A stretch of DNA of 63,034 bases, filler included, from Reticulomyxa filosa (GCA_000512085.1; 9 parts of 9 records of this genome joined end to end with filler, not necessarily neighbours in it); one strand, 5' to 3'. Positions 12,526 through 24,540 are shown, numbered from the whole stretch's first letter. Notes: generated from the sequence alone by a model not told the origin. Translations and numbers: made by a program.

Positions 12526-13080
12526 ATTCAGCTTCTTCATGTTCATGTTTTTTTCTTTTTTGCACTGGTTCACCAAACTGACAATTCAAAGCTAATTCGT
12601 CAGATGAATTTGCACTTAATCCATATCGATAAACTTTCTATTTTTTCTTTTACTTGTAATTTCGTAATTAATGTTAATGCATTTATCAATTATCTTTTTC
12701 AGTTTTTCAATTTCATCACGAATAGATAAATTTTCGCTTTTCAATTTTTTTAGTTTCATCTGATAATGTATTATCTTTTTGTGAACTCGTATCTAAAAAG
12801 TTTGATTTTTGTCCAATATTGTCTCGTTGTGATGTTCAATTTTTTTATTAATGTTTTGAATTGTTGTTTCTATTTCTGTGATTTTTTTTATCTATATCAT
12901 CAAACAATTGTTTTATCTTTTTTTTTTTTGTTTTCGATTTTTTCTTTCAATATTTTAATTTCTTTGTTTTCAAGATTTTTTTTTATCAGATTTGAATTCT
13001 GCATTTTCAGTTTTGTTGTTATCATTATTATAAGTTAAAATTGTATAATATTGCTATATCTTTAGACATCAACATCGTCA
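12526..13080 (-). pseudogene. Degenerate K/E/N-rich coiled-coil coding relic
   Basis: The minus strand reads as K/E/I/N-rich heptads interrupted by stops. No family recognised. Confidence 0.3.
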
Positions 13081-13906
13081 ATACATACTAGATACAAAAC
13101 AAAGAAATTCAAGTCGAAACAAACAATTACAAATTTAAACAATGTAGTTTTCTTTTTGATTAATTTAATAAATTAAATCAAAAAATTCTTTTAAAATTTT
13201 TCATCATTGGGAAGGCAATAGTTTGAAGGCTTAGCAACAAAGGATGAAGAGTTCATATACTAGCACAGATTGCTGCAATCAAAGAGATAATTCTCCTTGA
13301 CACTTTTGATCTTATCATATTGTCTTTTTTAATTAAATGCAACTTTTGTTGAGACAAATTGTTTTGATTTTCTTCAAAAAAGCGCAAGATGTCCTTTTTG
13401 AATAAGCGGGCTAACTTGGTTGCAAGTTTAACTCAAGTTGTTCATTTATTCTTTTAGAAAAATTGTTTCTTGATATCTTTTTTAGTAAAATATAATGATT
13501 CTTATACTGTCTCATTTCACACTATTTTACTATTGCCAAATCGAATCTGACTGTTAAGATAAGTGCTATGCAAAAGGCTTTACATGTCTTGCCTTGACAT
13601 ATACAATATATCGGATCTTGACTTCGCAAAATATCACAGTTGCATTTATCATGTGCATATTACGTAAAAGTTTGATATATATTTTATTACAGAACTCAGT
13701 ATTTTAATTTATTCGTGTGTCATTAATTAAAGAATACAGTCTTTGTTTATGACATTAATCACATGATTTGTCTTTCTTTGCAATTACAAATTAAGAAATA
13801 CTTATTGTCGTGATTACATGTAAATATTTTTTCAGTAATTTCTAAAGGTCAACATCTTAATTTGGCCAATTTCAAGACAAAAGCAAGTTCAAATTGTGTA
13901 AATCAA

Positions 13907-15010
13907 TCAAAATCCACATCTTAAACGCAAGATCAAATGTAAAGTACTTTCTTTTTTGGTGTTGTAATCACTTAATGTGTAAATCTTCAAATTGCTTTCA
14001 AAGATCAATCGTTGTTGTTCATGATAAATTCATTATTTATCATGAATTTTGGCTTTCAAATTTGGATAGTGTCATTATGCTCCACATCTAACGTGATGGT
14101 TTTGACAAAGCTATTCATAGTCAAAAACGTTCATAACAAAAGAAATTGCAAAAAATAAAAATTTACATTTGCATATCACAACCACGTAATTGCAAGACCA
14201 AGCGCAAAGTGCTTTTCTTTTGGATGTTGTAGTCGCTCAATGTGAATCTGTCTTCCAATTTCTTGTCAGCGAAAGTCAATCGCTGTTGCTATGTTGAATT
14301 CCTTACTTGTACTAGATTGGTCTTAACTATACGTCCAACTTGACCGTTTGACTGTAAATGTTTTCACGAAACTGTTTTCAATAAGAAAAATAAATTGAAT
14401 ACGAACGCGATCTCTGATAAAAAAAGATCACGTATTAGAAAAAACAACTAATTCATTTGATTGCTCCACATCGCAAACGGAGAACCAAATGCAATTTGTT
14501 TTTTTTTGAATGTTGTAATCACTCAAAGTACTGCTGTCTTTCAATTGCTTTCCAGAAAAGATCAAACGCTGATGTTCATGAGGAATACATTCTTTATCCT
14601 GGATTTTTGCTTTGACGTTTTGGATGGGTCCTTGGGTTTCAAGTCCAGCGTAATTGTTTTTCCCGTCAAAGTCTTCACAAAGCTATTTTGTTCAGACAAA
14701 AAAATTTACTACTTGAAAAAAAAATTAATATTGAAAAAAAACAAGTCTCACGAAACAAATTTTACTACTCCAACTTACATTTACATCGCAATACATCGCA
14801 AACGAAACACCAAATGCAATGTGCTTTCCTTTTAGATGTTGTAATCACTTAAGGTGCAGCTATCTTCAAATTGCTTTCTTACAAAGATTAAACGTTATTG
14901 TTCAGGAGAATGCATTTATTATCATGAATTTTGGCTTTCACGCTTTGGATGGTGTTGTTGTGTTCTACATCCAACATGATGGTTTTTCCAGTTAAGGTTT
15001 CACAAAGCTA
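13907..15010 (-). pseudogene. UBQ: Unprocessed tetra-ubiquitin (polyubiquitin) pseudogene with one intron per monomer
   Basis: Four degenerate monomers, e.g. [59 protein letters not shown], with many stops and frameshifts. The last monomer ends LRCG-F-stop (13907). An intron interrupts codon 3 (AT|gtaa...ag|C/T). Confidence 0.9.
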
Positions 15011-15570
15011 ATTAAACAAACAAAGCGTTTAACTATAAGTAAATATCTCATTCAAAGAAAACTTTTTGTAACTCATTGATAATTGATATCGAAACAAATT
15101 TTTTTTGAAGTTGGACATTACCAGTTACTATCAAATAACTTTAAAAATTTTTTCAACAAATTATAATTTATTGTTGCTAGATCAATCTTATTACACAATT
15201 TTTTGACATTCAAGTCAATGCAGAAAGACAAGGATACTTAAGCAAAGTTTTTTGTACTACACGTGTTAAAATAAGATTTTAAAATTTAGACATTAAATTA
15301 GTTGTTTTGATGTGATTTTTAATGCAGTTGATAAATTTGCCCTTATCAATAAAAAAATTAACACAAGAATATTGCTAATTTAAGTTGAATCCAAGCCTTG
15401 TGAGAAGAAACGAGAGAAGCAATGATAAATATTAGTACACTGTTGTTTTTGGAAAGCAAAAAGAAAACAAGAAAAGCATTTCGTTCACGATTCGACATCA
15501 AAAGTCTTCAATCAAAGGATCACATTGAAACACAAGAAAAAAAAGGCACAGACACCAAACCGATATTATG

Positions 15571-16025
15571 TCAACAACACAAAAAACAACAAATTTTTCC
15601 TGGAAGACATAACAAATAGAGAAAAATACATTTAAAAAATTAAAAATGAAAAGATGAGAAAAGCAAAAATGTTTGTTATTTGCTGTTTTCCTTTTGAGAA
15701 GGCTTGGAAAAAAAGGAATGAATGATAGGCCAACTTCCTCTGGGCGGTTCGACTTCACCCAAAATGGCAACCATTTGATTTTTGAGTGAAAACTCGATGG
15801 ATCCAGGTGGCTCCATCCATGCTTCTCCGTCAATTTGAATGGGAACACTAGTTTGAAAAGTGATTTTGACGTGTCGAGCTTGAGACAATCGGCGATAATG
15901 GGACATGCCCATGATCATTTGAATATACTTGTAAATGCCCTTGCTGGCCATGATTTCTAAACACCCATCACCAAGACTGGGTTTACGATAGTCTTTCAGG
16001 TCTTTGTGCGTGGAAACAGCCAATC

Positions 16026-16027
<2 letters not shown>
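15571..16027 (-). CDS. Diacylglycerol kinase, C-terminal accessory domain (last two exons 16027-15735, 15599-15571); 5'-truncated by the contig edge
   Basis: PSLGDGCLEI...RRLSQARHVKITF..SVPIQIDGEAWMEPP matches the DAGK accessory-domain signature (P.Q.DGEPW). Confidence 0.85.
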
Positions 16028-16064
<37 letters not shown>

Positions 16065-16164
16065 NNNNNNNNNNNNNNNNNNNNNNNNNNNNNNNNNNNN
16101 NNNNNNNNTTAATTAATTAANNNNNNNNNNNNNNNNNNNNNNNNNNNNNNNNNNNNNNNNNNNN
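16065..16164. other. Artificial contig linker
   Basis: N44-TTAATTAATTAA-N44. Confidence 0.97.
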
Positions 16165-17047
16165 CCCCCCCCCCCCCCCCCCCGACCATTTCAAACAGTT
16201 GACAAAATTTTTAAAGTGAGCAACAAGATTGAGGGATCATGAAAAGAATAGGAAATTATCATTACACAGACAAACATCACTCAAAGTTTTTTTTTCCCTC
16301 CTGAAAAAAAAATCATTTTTTATTGCACTTCAAAAACTTTAGATTGTGAACATCACAGAAAAAAAAAACAATAAACAACACACTTTTCAAACCTGTTTGT
16401 TCTGCTAATTTTGCATTTTCATCTGCAGCTTTTGGTCGATGCTTTTGTTTGGATACTCTGTTTTGTTTTTTTTTCATCAACATATCACAAACATTCATTC
16501 AATTCTTTAAGACTCTAGAACTGGGCAGCACCCCGAGGAAAAGTCATCTCCCTCCCCATTCCCTTTCTCTTTCCCTCTTTCTCGGCTACGCCCGGGAAAC
16601 ATACGCTGGCATTTTTTATTCTTCAATTAGTTCAATACACTCGAAGAGGCAAGATTCTGGTTATGCTTTCTCAATAATTGACTAATCAATTTTACAACAC
16701 GACAGTGAAAATGGAATCTCGAATTTTTGCTCAAGAAGGAACCTTGAAAGCAATGCCAGTGTCAAAATTAAACGCATTTGCTTTGTTTCTATTTACTTTA
16801 CTTTTATTTTTCAAAGTGGCTGATTTAACGTTTTGTTGCTTACTCTTTTTAAGTGTGCAGGGAAGATTTCTTGATTAAAAATAAATGTCCTATTACACGT
16901 GATAAAGAATTACATTTTGAAACAAGTAGTAAAAATACTTTAAGTCAAGTGAAATTGACAACTATCATTTGACACAATCAAAAAATACGCGAACCAAGCT
17001 AAAATTCTGAAAGTTCTTTTGAACTAACCTCCAAATGAATAGTAAGA

Positions 17048-18742
17048 ATGTTGGTAGTTTTTTTAGTGCAGTCAATGATTTTAAGCTTGCTTCTTGCAAG
17101 TTTAACAACCGACATACTAATGAATGCCGCGCATAAAGGCTGTTGGGTGACACAAACAAATGAAACCTTGCACATCACTAACTTGCAATTTGGTTGGCGT
17201 TCCTATGTCATCAATTGGCGTGATAGTGCAACTACGCAAGAAAGTAAAATATCACTCGCGGTGACATTTACATACACCGGAGCATACCACATCTTTTGTA
17301 ATGAAGCCAGTTGAGTCAAAATACCTTTATTGTACTCATTTATTTGTTTTCCATTAAAATGAAAATGAGCAAAACAATTTTTTTAAGTTGGAGTTACTCA
17401 TTTGTGACATCCCGTATACGTATACAATTGGAAAAAAAGATGCTTAACAATCCGAATAATTTATCTGAACATTTTGTTTAAAAAAATAGGGATGATGTCC
17501 ACTTCGCTCGTTGCTGGAATTGTGCCACCTCCAATGTCAGTGATCATGCCTTATTCTTCCCACTCATTTTTTTTTGTTCCTCTTCCATTTTAAATCCCAA
17601 TCCCTCCTTGCACTTTTGCTGTGCAAAATTTGTTACGAACAAAACAAAATATTACTAAAATTTTGAAAGGCAATAAACACAAATGAAAAAAAAAATTAAA
17701 AAGTAGAAAAAAAAAATACAAACATAAAAAAAAAAGCGAAAGAACGGCAAAATCAACAGAATCAACAGATTTAAATCGTAAAACAACATCATCATCAACA
17801 ACTACCGCCTTAAATAAAAACGGCTGTCATGATTTGAAAACTGCTAATTCCATTGGAATTGCTTACTTTACTTTTGTGATTTTTGCAACTTTTATTATTT
17901 TTGTTGCTGGCTTTTTTATTGTTATAAATACTTGCTATTTAGTTCCGTTTTCACAACGAAGTTTGTGTTTTTGGTTGTTTATTCTTTTATTTGAGCTTAA
18001 GCACATAAAAAGACACTTGTGGTACATGTACTTTATTGTCAGGTGCTTTTTAAAAAAAAAAGATGCGTGTGTTCACCCAATCCCAAAAAAAAAAAAATAA
18101 TGAAAAGAGAATATGTGGCGATGTGCAATGACGTTGAATCTACTTGGGACAATGTTATTGTTAGTTGCATTAGCGACTTGGCTTGGATATTTTTCACGTA
18201 CGATTGGCAATTTTATTGAGTCGTCAGTACTTGGAGACTGTTTTGCGGAAAACACTGAAATTGGAACTTCGGTAATGTTGTTGATTGCCTCATGGATTTT
18301 GTTAAGTATTAACACAGCTTCGACTTGTTTTTGTGATCGCTTTCCCCTGTTTTGGTATCAGTACTTAAACCATCTTCGAAGAGTGTCTTACAAAGCTTCG
18401 CTTCAAGACCCGTCTATAGTAGGTGCCGCGAAACAGGATTGGATATCCACATTTAGTCTTACTTCAAGTCCTCTAGTAACAAATGAGCACAATGAGTCGT
18501 TACTTATGTCACAGCCACGCATAGATCTCCTGCCACCACAGTATCGCAACAACAACAGCTATGTTGCATACACTCCAAATATTTGTGTTCAAGATCCGAA
18601 CTGTCATAACGGTGAAGATTATCATGATAGTTATTTTGGCTTTGATGGCTATGCTGGTGATATGGATACGTCTCCTCGACAACAAGAACAGAGCTCTGCA
18701 AGCGAAAGTGCCTCAAAGGAAGAGGAAACGTTTGATAATTGA
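17048..18742 (+). CDS. Multi-exon four-TM membrane protein, claudin/PMP22-like topology, with a polar cytoplasmic tail
   Basis: N-terminal hydrophobic helix, a Cys-containing loop with FGW, three more TM segments (IAYFTFVIFATFIIF, LLGTMLLLVALATW, GTSVMLLIASWILL) and an S/E-rich tail. Exon boundaries are approximate. Confidence 0.55.
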
Positions 18743-19077
18743 ATCTTATCGCCATATCCTTGCACATATCATCCCTATCTACCAACTTGCGTTCGGCTCG
18801 ATGTTAGCAAAAATGGTGGCTTGCAAAAACTCACCACTCCTTTGTTTCAATTGCATGACTTCCATTAAATTTACTCCTTTTTTAAAATATTTTTTTAGGC
18901 CCCAAAACAGTGGCAATATTAACTTTATTTGTATTTTGAGTAGTCTATTTTATGAACACTGTATTAATTTACAAATTAAGAAAACTTTTTTTCTTTTCAG
19001 TACAACAAATCTAATTAAACCATAAAAGTAAAAGTAAAACAAAGAAATCAAAAAAAAAGCTTCAAACTTAAAATTTG

Positions 19078-19470
19078 GATCTTTCATAAGTCATGTAAGT
19101 ACTTCTGGATAATATTGAAATTGCACAAATGTATAGAAGTAATCAAGGACGTATTTTACGTTTTCAGCCTTCTATGAGAAGGTTAAAAGGAATTAACAGC
19201 TGTGATGCATCATGGATATCTCCATTCAAATGAAAGAGAAATTTTGTTTTCTAGATCTTCCATGACTTATATTTCTGATGAAAAGACATAAAGGATTATA
19301 TGGATGAGATGCAAAAATAGAGAACGAAGATAAATATACCCAAATGATATTATTGACATGGACAAGATATGATCAGTATACTCAATAAACTATGCAAATA
19401 AGTGCAATGTGGAATCATTCCATTCATTTCAGTCTTATTTATGCTGCACTTGAATATTGTTGTACATGAT
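19078..19470 (+). pseudogene. Fragment of an R-S-E class (Arg-specific-like) ADP-ribosyltransferase gene
   Basis: With two 1-nt shifts it reads FISHVSTS/DNIEIAQMYRSNQGRILRFQPSMRR..I.SCDASWISPF/xEREILFSRS, containing the STS and ExE catalytic motifs of the ART fold. Confidence 0.65.
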
Positions 19471-19515
19471 ATGTCAATCACGGAATAAAATTATGTATAA
19501 CCAACAAGAAAAAAA

Positions 19516-20519
19516 ATGTTGATTTGGAATCGAACGTAATTGATGACGTAAAAAACATATGCGAAGGCACTGTCTCATGGTTGCGCGCTTTAATTATTGG
19601 AACGTTTGGCTGTTGATTATAGAAAGAAGCAAAAAATTGGCTTTGATATATACCATTCACCAAACTTGTCCACCTGCGTGTTAGAACCTTATAATACATT
19701 GTTGGCGACTCATTTGTTATTGAACTACACCGAAGTTTCTTTATTGTTGGACAACAATGCCATTTACGGAATCTGCCAAAAACAATTTCGAATTGCCAAA
19801 CCAGATTTGGACAACTTGAACAAATTAATCTCAAAAGTTATCTCCGCCATGACTTCGTCTTTGCGATTTAGCGGTGAATTGAACGTAGACTTGAACGAAT
19901 TTCAAACGAACTTGCCCTTTCCATCGTTTGCACTTCATGACTACCTGAATTATACTAATTATTACAAAAGTTGATTTATCAACCGCACCAAACGATGTCC
20001 AAAAAATTACCGATTATTGTTTTAAACCATCGAACTTGTTTGTGAAATAAACTGAATTTGATCAGCTGAAGATAAATATATGTCTATTTCCTTAAATTAT
20101 CGTTTTGATATAAAATCAAAAGAAGCAAACGTAACGGTTAAATAGTTGAAATCCAACAATAAAGTGGCATTAGTCTAGTGGTGCCCAACTTGCTTCAAGG
20201 TTTAAATGATTTAACAGCAGTAACATTGGAATCTGACGATATTTGATCATTTAGTAAAAATGCTGTGATGATTGCCAACAACACGGGGCATTTCGCTAGT
20301 ATTTAGTAAACGCATTGCCCAAAAGTATGATCTTATGTACTCCCAAAGAGCGTTTGTGCATTAGCACGTATTAGAAGGAATTGAAGAATGAGAATTTACT
20401 GAAGCCAGTGAAGACTTAGGCTTCTTGGAAAAAGATTATTTATATGTATTGATTGAACAACCAACTAATGATGTGGGAAGTAATAACGCTGTCGATAATT
20501 CAGAGATAATGATAATTAA
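19516..20519 (+). pseudogene. Divergent alpha-tubulin pseudogene (probably the Retaria alpha2 type)
   Basis: VDLE.NVIDDVK is joined directly to a degenerate GGGTGSG region (about 60 codons deleted). Later motifs are EPYN, LDNNAIY, SLRFSGELNVDLNEFQTNL, WCPT, KYDLMYSQRAFVH and EASEDLGFLEKDY, with multiple stops and frameshifts. Confidence 0.85.
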
Positions 20520-21186
20520 ACTTAAATTTTTAAATGTGAATAGAGATATCGAAAGTGGTGTAAATGAAATTAAATTGTATTGAATATTTTTTTTGAAAGC
20601 TATGGGTCAAAAAAGTGGTATCATGGCTTTTTAAATTCAAGTCCAAGTCTTTTCGAATTACAAAGTTTCAATGAAATCTTTTCAAAATTATTTTTAAAAT
20701 TCCAGTTTTTAGTTCTTGAAATAATCTTAAGGATATTGATGTATTTTTTAAATCGTTATGCGTTGACTTTTGTTCCTTTAAGCCAATTGATATGTTGATG
20801 TAAATACTGTCGAATTAATGTTTATACATTATCATTTCCAAAAACAGTACTTCAAACGTATAAATAAAATTATACTTATCGATTATTATCTCGTTTGATA
20901 CATAGCTCTCCAAAAAATGTTCAACAGTTGTAATAATGAAAAAAGAAAAACAATTGCGAACAAAGTGTTACAAGATTGCCTAAACAACCAAAAAACATAT
21001 CCAAATACACTTGGAAGTGTTGGAAAATATGAATAAAAATAATATTATATGTAATAAGCGTTTTATGATCTTATTTAAAAAGTTTATTTACTGTTTTGAG
21101 CAAATTTGCCAAATTTTTGTCTTTCAGTTCTTAAAACATTCAGTCTCAAACTTATAAAGGGGCTATATAAAAAAATCTAACAAAAA

Positions 21187-21794
21187 ATGAGTGATCACAA
21201 GGTTGATCTGGAGACCTCTGCACTGGATGTAGATGTTAAAAAACAATGGAATGATACGGCAGCAAAAGGAGGTTTGTCTCAAAAGGGCCCTCCTAAAAGA
21301 AAATTGGACTCGAGCGAGGAAGAGGACAATTCTGACGAGCATGCCAAGAAAGAAGTAAAAGAAAAACCCTTTCGTTAGTTAGTTCATTTTATTTTTTCTC
21401 TTTGATCTCAAGGAATAATAAATCTTAAAGATTATGGAACGCAGACAAAAAACAAAACAAAAATAGTGAAATTGAATTTCACTTTGGAAGCAAGCGTTTC
21501 GCAGAGATAATATATAATAGCTTGATTGTTGACAATGAATTACGAAAAAACGAAATTTGCCGAGAAGTCAAGTTAACAGGACCTACTATAAAAGTGTTAA
21601 GTTGCAAAAATCTTTACTCTTACAATCTGCATTTGTTTCATATTAAACTCAATTATTTTATGGATTTTTATTCAAATATCACATAAAAAAAAAGAGAATG
21701 GAACGCTGTAGAACTAAAAACTTTGCGGGTTGCAATTCAATCTTTTCATTCCAATGTCAAACTTTGTTTAGAGACAATCAAACGATTCGGATAA
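21187..21794 (+). CDS. PCC1: KEOPS/EKC complex subunit Pcc1 (LAGE3-like); exons 21187-21377, 21467-21595, 21695-21794
   Basis: The spliced product ...YEIEFHFGSKRFAEIIYNSLIVDNELRKNEICREVKLTGPTIKVEWNAVELKTLRVAIQSFHSNVKLCLETIKRFG* matches the Pcc1 pattern (L.VD.EL; A...LR.A..SF). Confidence 0.85.
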
Positions 21795-22397
21795 TTTTAC
21801 AAAACAGCCTATCTTATTTGGAAATATTTTCCTTGAATACAAAAAACAAATAACCTTTTTTGTAATCGCGTTTCAATATGATCGGACAACAGTCTCACTC
21901 ACTTTTTTTAGCAAAGCTTTACTTAATTTTCTCAACAAATTAAAAGTTACATAAAAATTAGTAAATTTTTCAAGTGGAGCCGTATCATTGTTATCAATAT
22001 AAGTAGTGACCCATTTTAAATAAAGAGTTTACAGAACGAAGATTCAGTGCGTCTTATTAGAAGATATGTTGAACACAAGTTGCTAAAGGATACATGATAT
22101 TTAATCTTGATCTGATATAAGTTATGCTGACACTTTTGTAATACGAAGGTATATTCGCAGACAAATATATGTAATTGTAACAAAAGAAAAATATCATGTG
22201 ATTGCTTTTAGTATCACACCAAAACTTTGTCAAACATAGCATGCATCTGATAACAGTCACCGAATTTAAAAATCAGAGGGAAAAAAGGAGGATAAAAAAA
22301 AAAAAGGAACTAATTAAATAAAAAATGAAAAGAAAAAAAAAGGAATTAGTATCTCTTTTTTATTTTATCCAATAAAACTTTTCAAGAAGATAGAAAA

Positions 22398-22660
22398 TTA
22401 ACGAAAATGAAGAGGCCTAACAGCCATAAAAGCCTCTAAAATATCATCAGTAACAAGTTTTCTATTTTCTTGGAATTTAAGAACAAAAGGGATTAAGATA
22501 TCACATAATTTAGATTTAATATGTGAGCTTTGTAATTTTCCAGATTTATAATCATTTCCTAAAGAATGTAAAAGTTTATCATCTTTTAAAAAGAATGTAA
22601 GATATTGATAGCTAACATCAGAATCTAGATCAGCACCAAGAAGAGATTGTTTTTCTTCAG
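22398..22660 (-). CDS. WARS: Cytosolic-type tryptophanyl-tRNA synthetase, C-terminal end (truncated by the contig edge)
   Basis: LGADLDSDVSYQYLTFFLKDD..L..LGNDYKSGKL....IK..L..IL.P....FQENRKLVTDDILEAFM.VRPL matches the eukaryotic TrpRS anticodon-binding domain. Confidence 0.85.
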
Positions 22661-22760
22661 NNNNNNNNNNNNNNNNNNNNNNNNNNNNNNNNNNNNNNNN
22701 NNNNTTAATTAATTAANNNNNNNNNNNNNNNNNNNNNNNNNNNNNNNNNNNNNNNNNNNN
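22661..22760. other. Artificial contig linker
   Basis: N44-TTAATTAATTAA-N44. Confidence 0.97.
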
Positions 22761-24000
22761 TCATTTGAAAAGATTGTATTGCATTCATTGACATTTAGCG
22801 AACGCGAGATCGTCTGTTGGTCACTGTTAAAGTTGGATTGAATGACTATTTGTATAAAACCAAAGATCTGTATTTGGTGTAAAGAATAAGATACTGTCGA
22901 TCATTTCTTGATAGAATGTTTGTGTTATCAAGAATTACGTCGCAATTGGTGAATAAATGTCCAAGAATTAATTTTCAAGACATATTTTAATTTAAATCGA
23001 AATAGCTTTATTGTTTTTCTGTTAATTATTTTACATGGACCTTTTGGTCATTGTAAGATTTTGTGTATTTCTTTTGTTTTTGTGTTTCTTTTTTGATACT
23101 GTATTCTATTTCTTAGAACTATGTGCTCTTTTAACTGAAAGTCCTGAGTTTGTGCAAGTATAGATTGCAAAAAACAGTCCAACACTTGATTTCATAACTC
23201 CAAGACTCCTGCACATTGCGATTCTTTGTGTTTTGTACAATAAATTATACACAGATAAACTTTGACGAATTCCTTTATACGAGTGCATAAATCCAAATCC
23301 AAGTTTCCTTGATGCTTTGCCGTAAATGTAGTTAATGTGTTGCTGTAATGTCATTTGCTGATCAACAATCAGTCCTAAGTATTTCACGTGCTATGCTTCT
23401 TCAATATCATTCCCATTCATTTCCAATTTCATTTTTGTATCCAAACTTGTTTGCATCAATGATAATTGTCTTTCCACTTCCTTTTATCACATTGCCTCAT
23501 CATCTGCAAACATCCCACATTATATTGGATCTTGAACTGGTTCCACAATGTCATTAATTTACAATAGAAATAACAATATAGACAATGCCGATCCTTATAT
23601 TACAACAATCTGAATGTCATTGATATTTTCAGTATTGTATAGGGCACTTTAATAATTGGCATCTTATTGAATCGTTTAGCTTCTTGTATTTGATATCCAT
23701 AATCTTCCAATGTCTTCTTGATTTCGTAATCGCTTTCGTGAATCAATATACCTCGAAGCAGGAGGATTAGTCAGATTGAAAACAGAAGCAGATACTGCAA
23801 TATCTAGCAGTATCTAAAAGAATTTCGAATAATCTCTTCAAAATTTTTAACAATTTCATCGTTGGCAAAGTTCGTGGCGAAAGCGGCGCAAAGACAAAAC
23901 TAAAAAAAAACAAAAATTTTTTATAGCTGAAATATCAGATATCGTGAAATATCATATATTTCAACTACTCAAACGAAGTTGCAGGAAGCACGATAACGAC
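22761..24000 (-). mobile_element. Degenerate, internally deleted non-LTR (LINE) retrotransposon
   Basis: RT motifs GSALS.LLFLL.IND, GMFADD and KYLGLIVDQQMTLQQHINYIYGKA. An ORF1-like stretch (LLLRGILIHESDYEIKKTLEDYGYQIQEAKRF) lies immediately upstream. Confidence 0.75.
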
Positions 24001-24245
24001 TAAATATAAGAAATAATCAAAAATAGCAAACAAAATTTTGCCACTTTGCTACAAACAAGTCAAGATATTTGACTTGTTTTTTTATATTTTAATGTTTAAT
24101 CAAAATTTGAAATATATTTTTTTGCTTGTTGTTATCGATTATGAGTTTTGCTTTTTGTTTTTTATTATAGCACTGTGTTCCTTTTGTGATAAATTGCTCT
24201 TTTTAACTAGGTTAAGATTTTAATTTTCGCTAAAAAAAATAAACA

Positions 24246-24540
24246 TAATAATATCTACGATGACATCATTGACACATATAGTTTATAAAACTGAAAAGTG
24301 TTGTTACTTCATTATATTCAATTGATAATCCTGCATTAAAAGAAAACAACATTTGATAATTTTGTTTATTTTTTTCTTGATTTATTTTCATTATTTCTTG
24401 TCCTTGTCCATTTTCTGAATTTGATACAAAGCAATTATAATTAATACAATTACGAGTTGGCAAAGTGTGATGTTTAATAAATTGAAATGTATTTAAATTA
24501 AACAAGTTTGTTCATTCATTCTATAAGTGATAAATAACAA
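24246..24540 (-). pseudogene. Fragment of a Kelch-like beta-propeller family gene
   Basis: FNLNTFQFIKHHTLP...YNCFV...YQMLF....GLSIEYNE resembles the same region of the 58469-59779 gene (YHCFV...HFILF..NTGLLIKYDE). Confidence 0.6.

Noticed and set aside
14461-14835. Plus-strand ORFs such as 14461-14835 and 13894-14091, and many other short ORFs in the track
   Set aside because: They are antisense shadows of the ubiquitin pseudogene or of real genes, or intron read-through with poly-F/poly-K from homopolymers.
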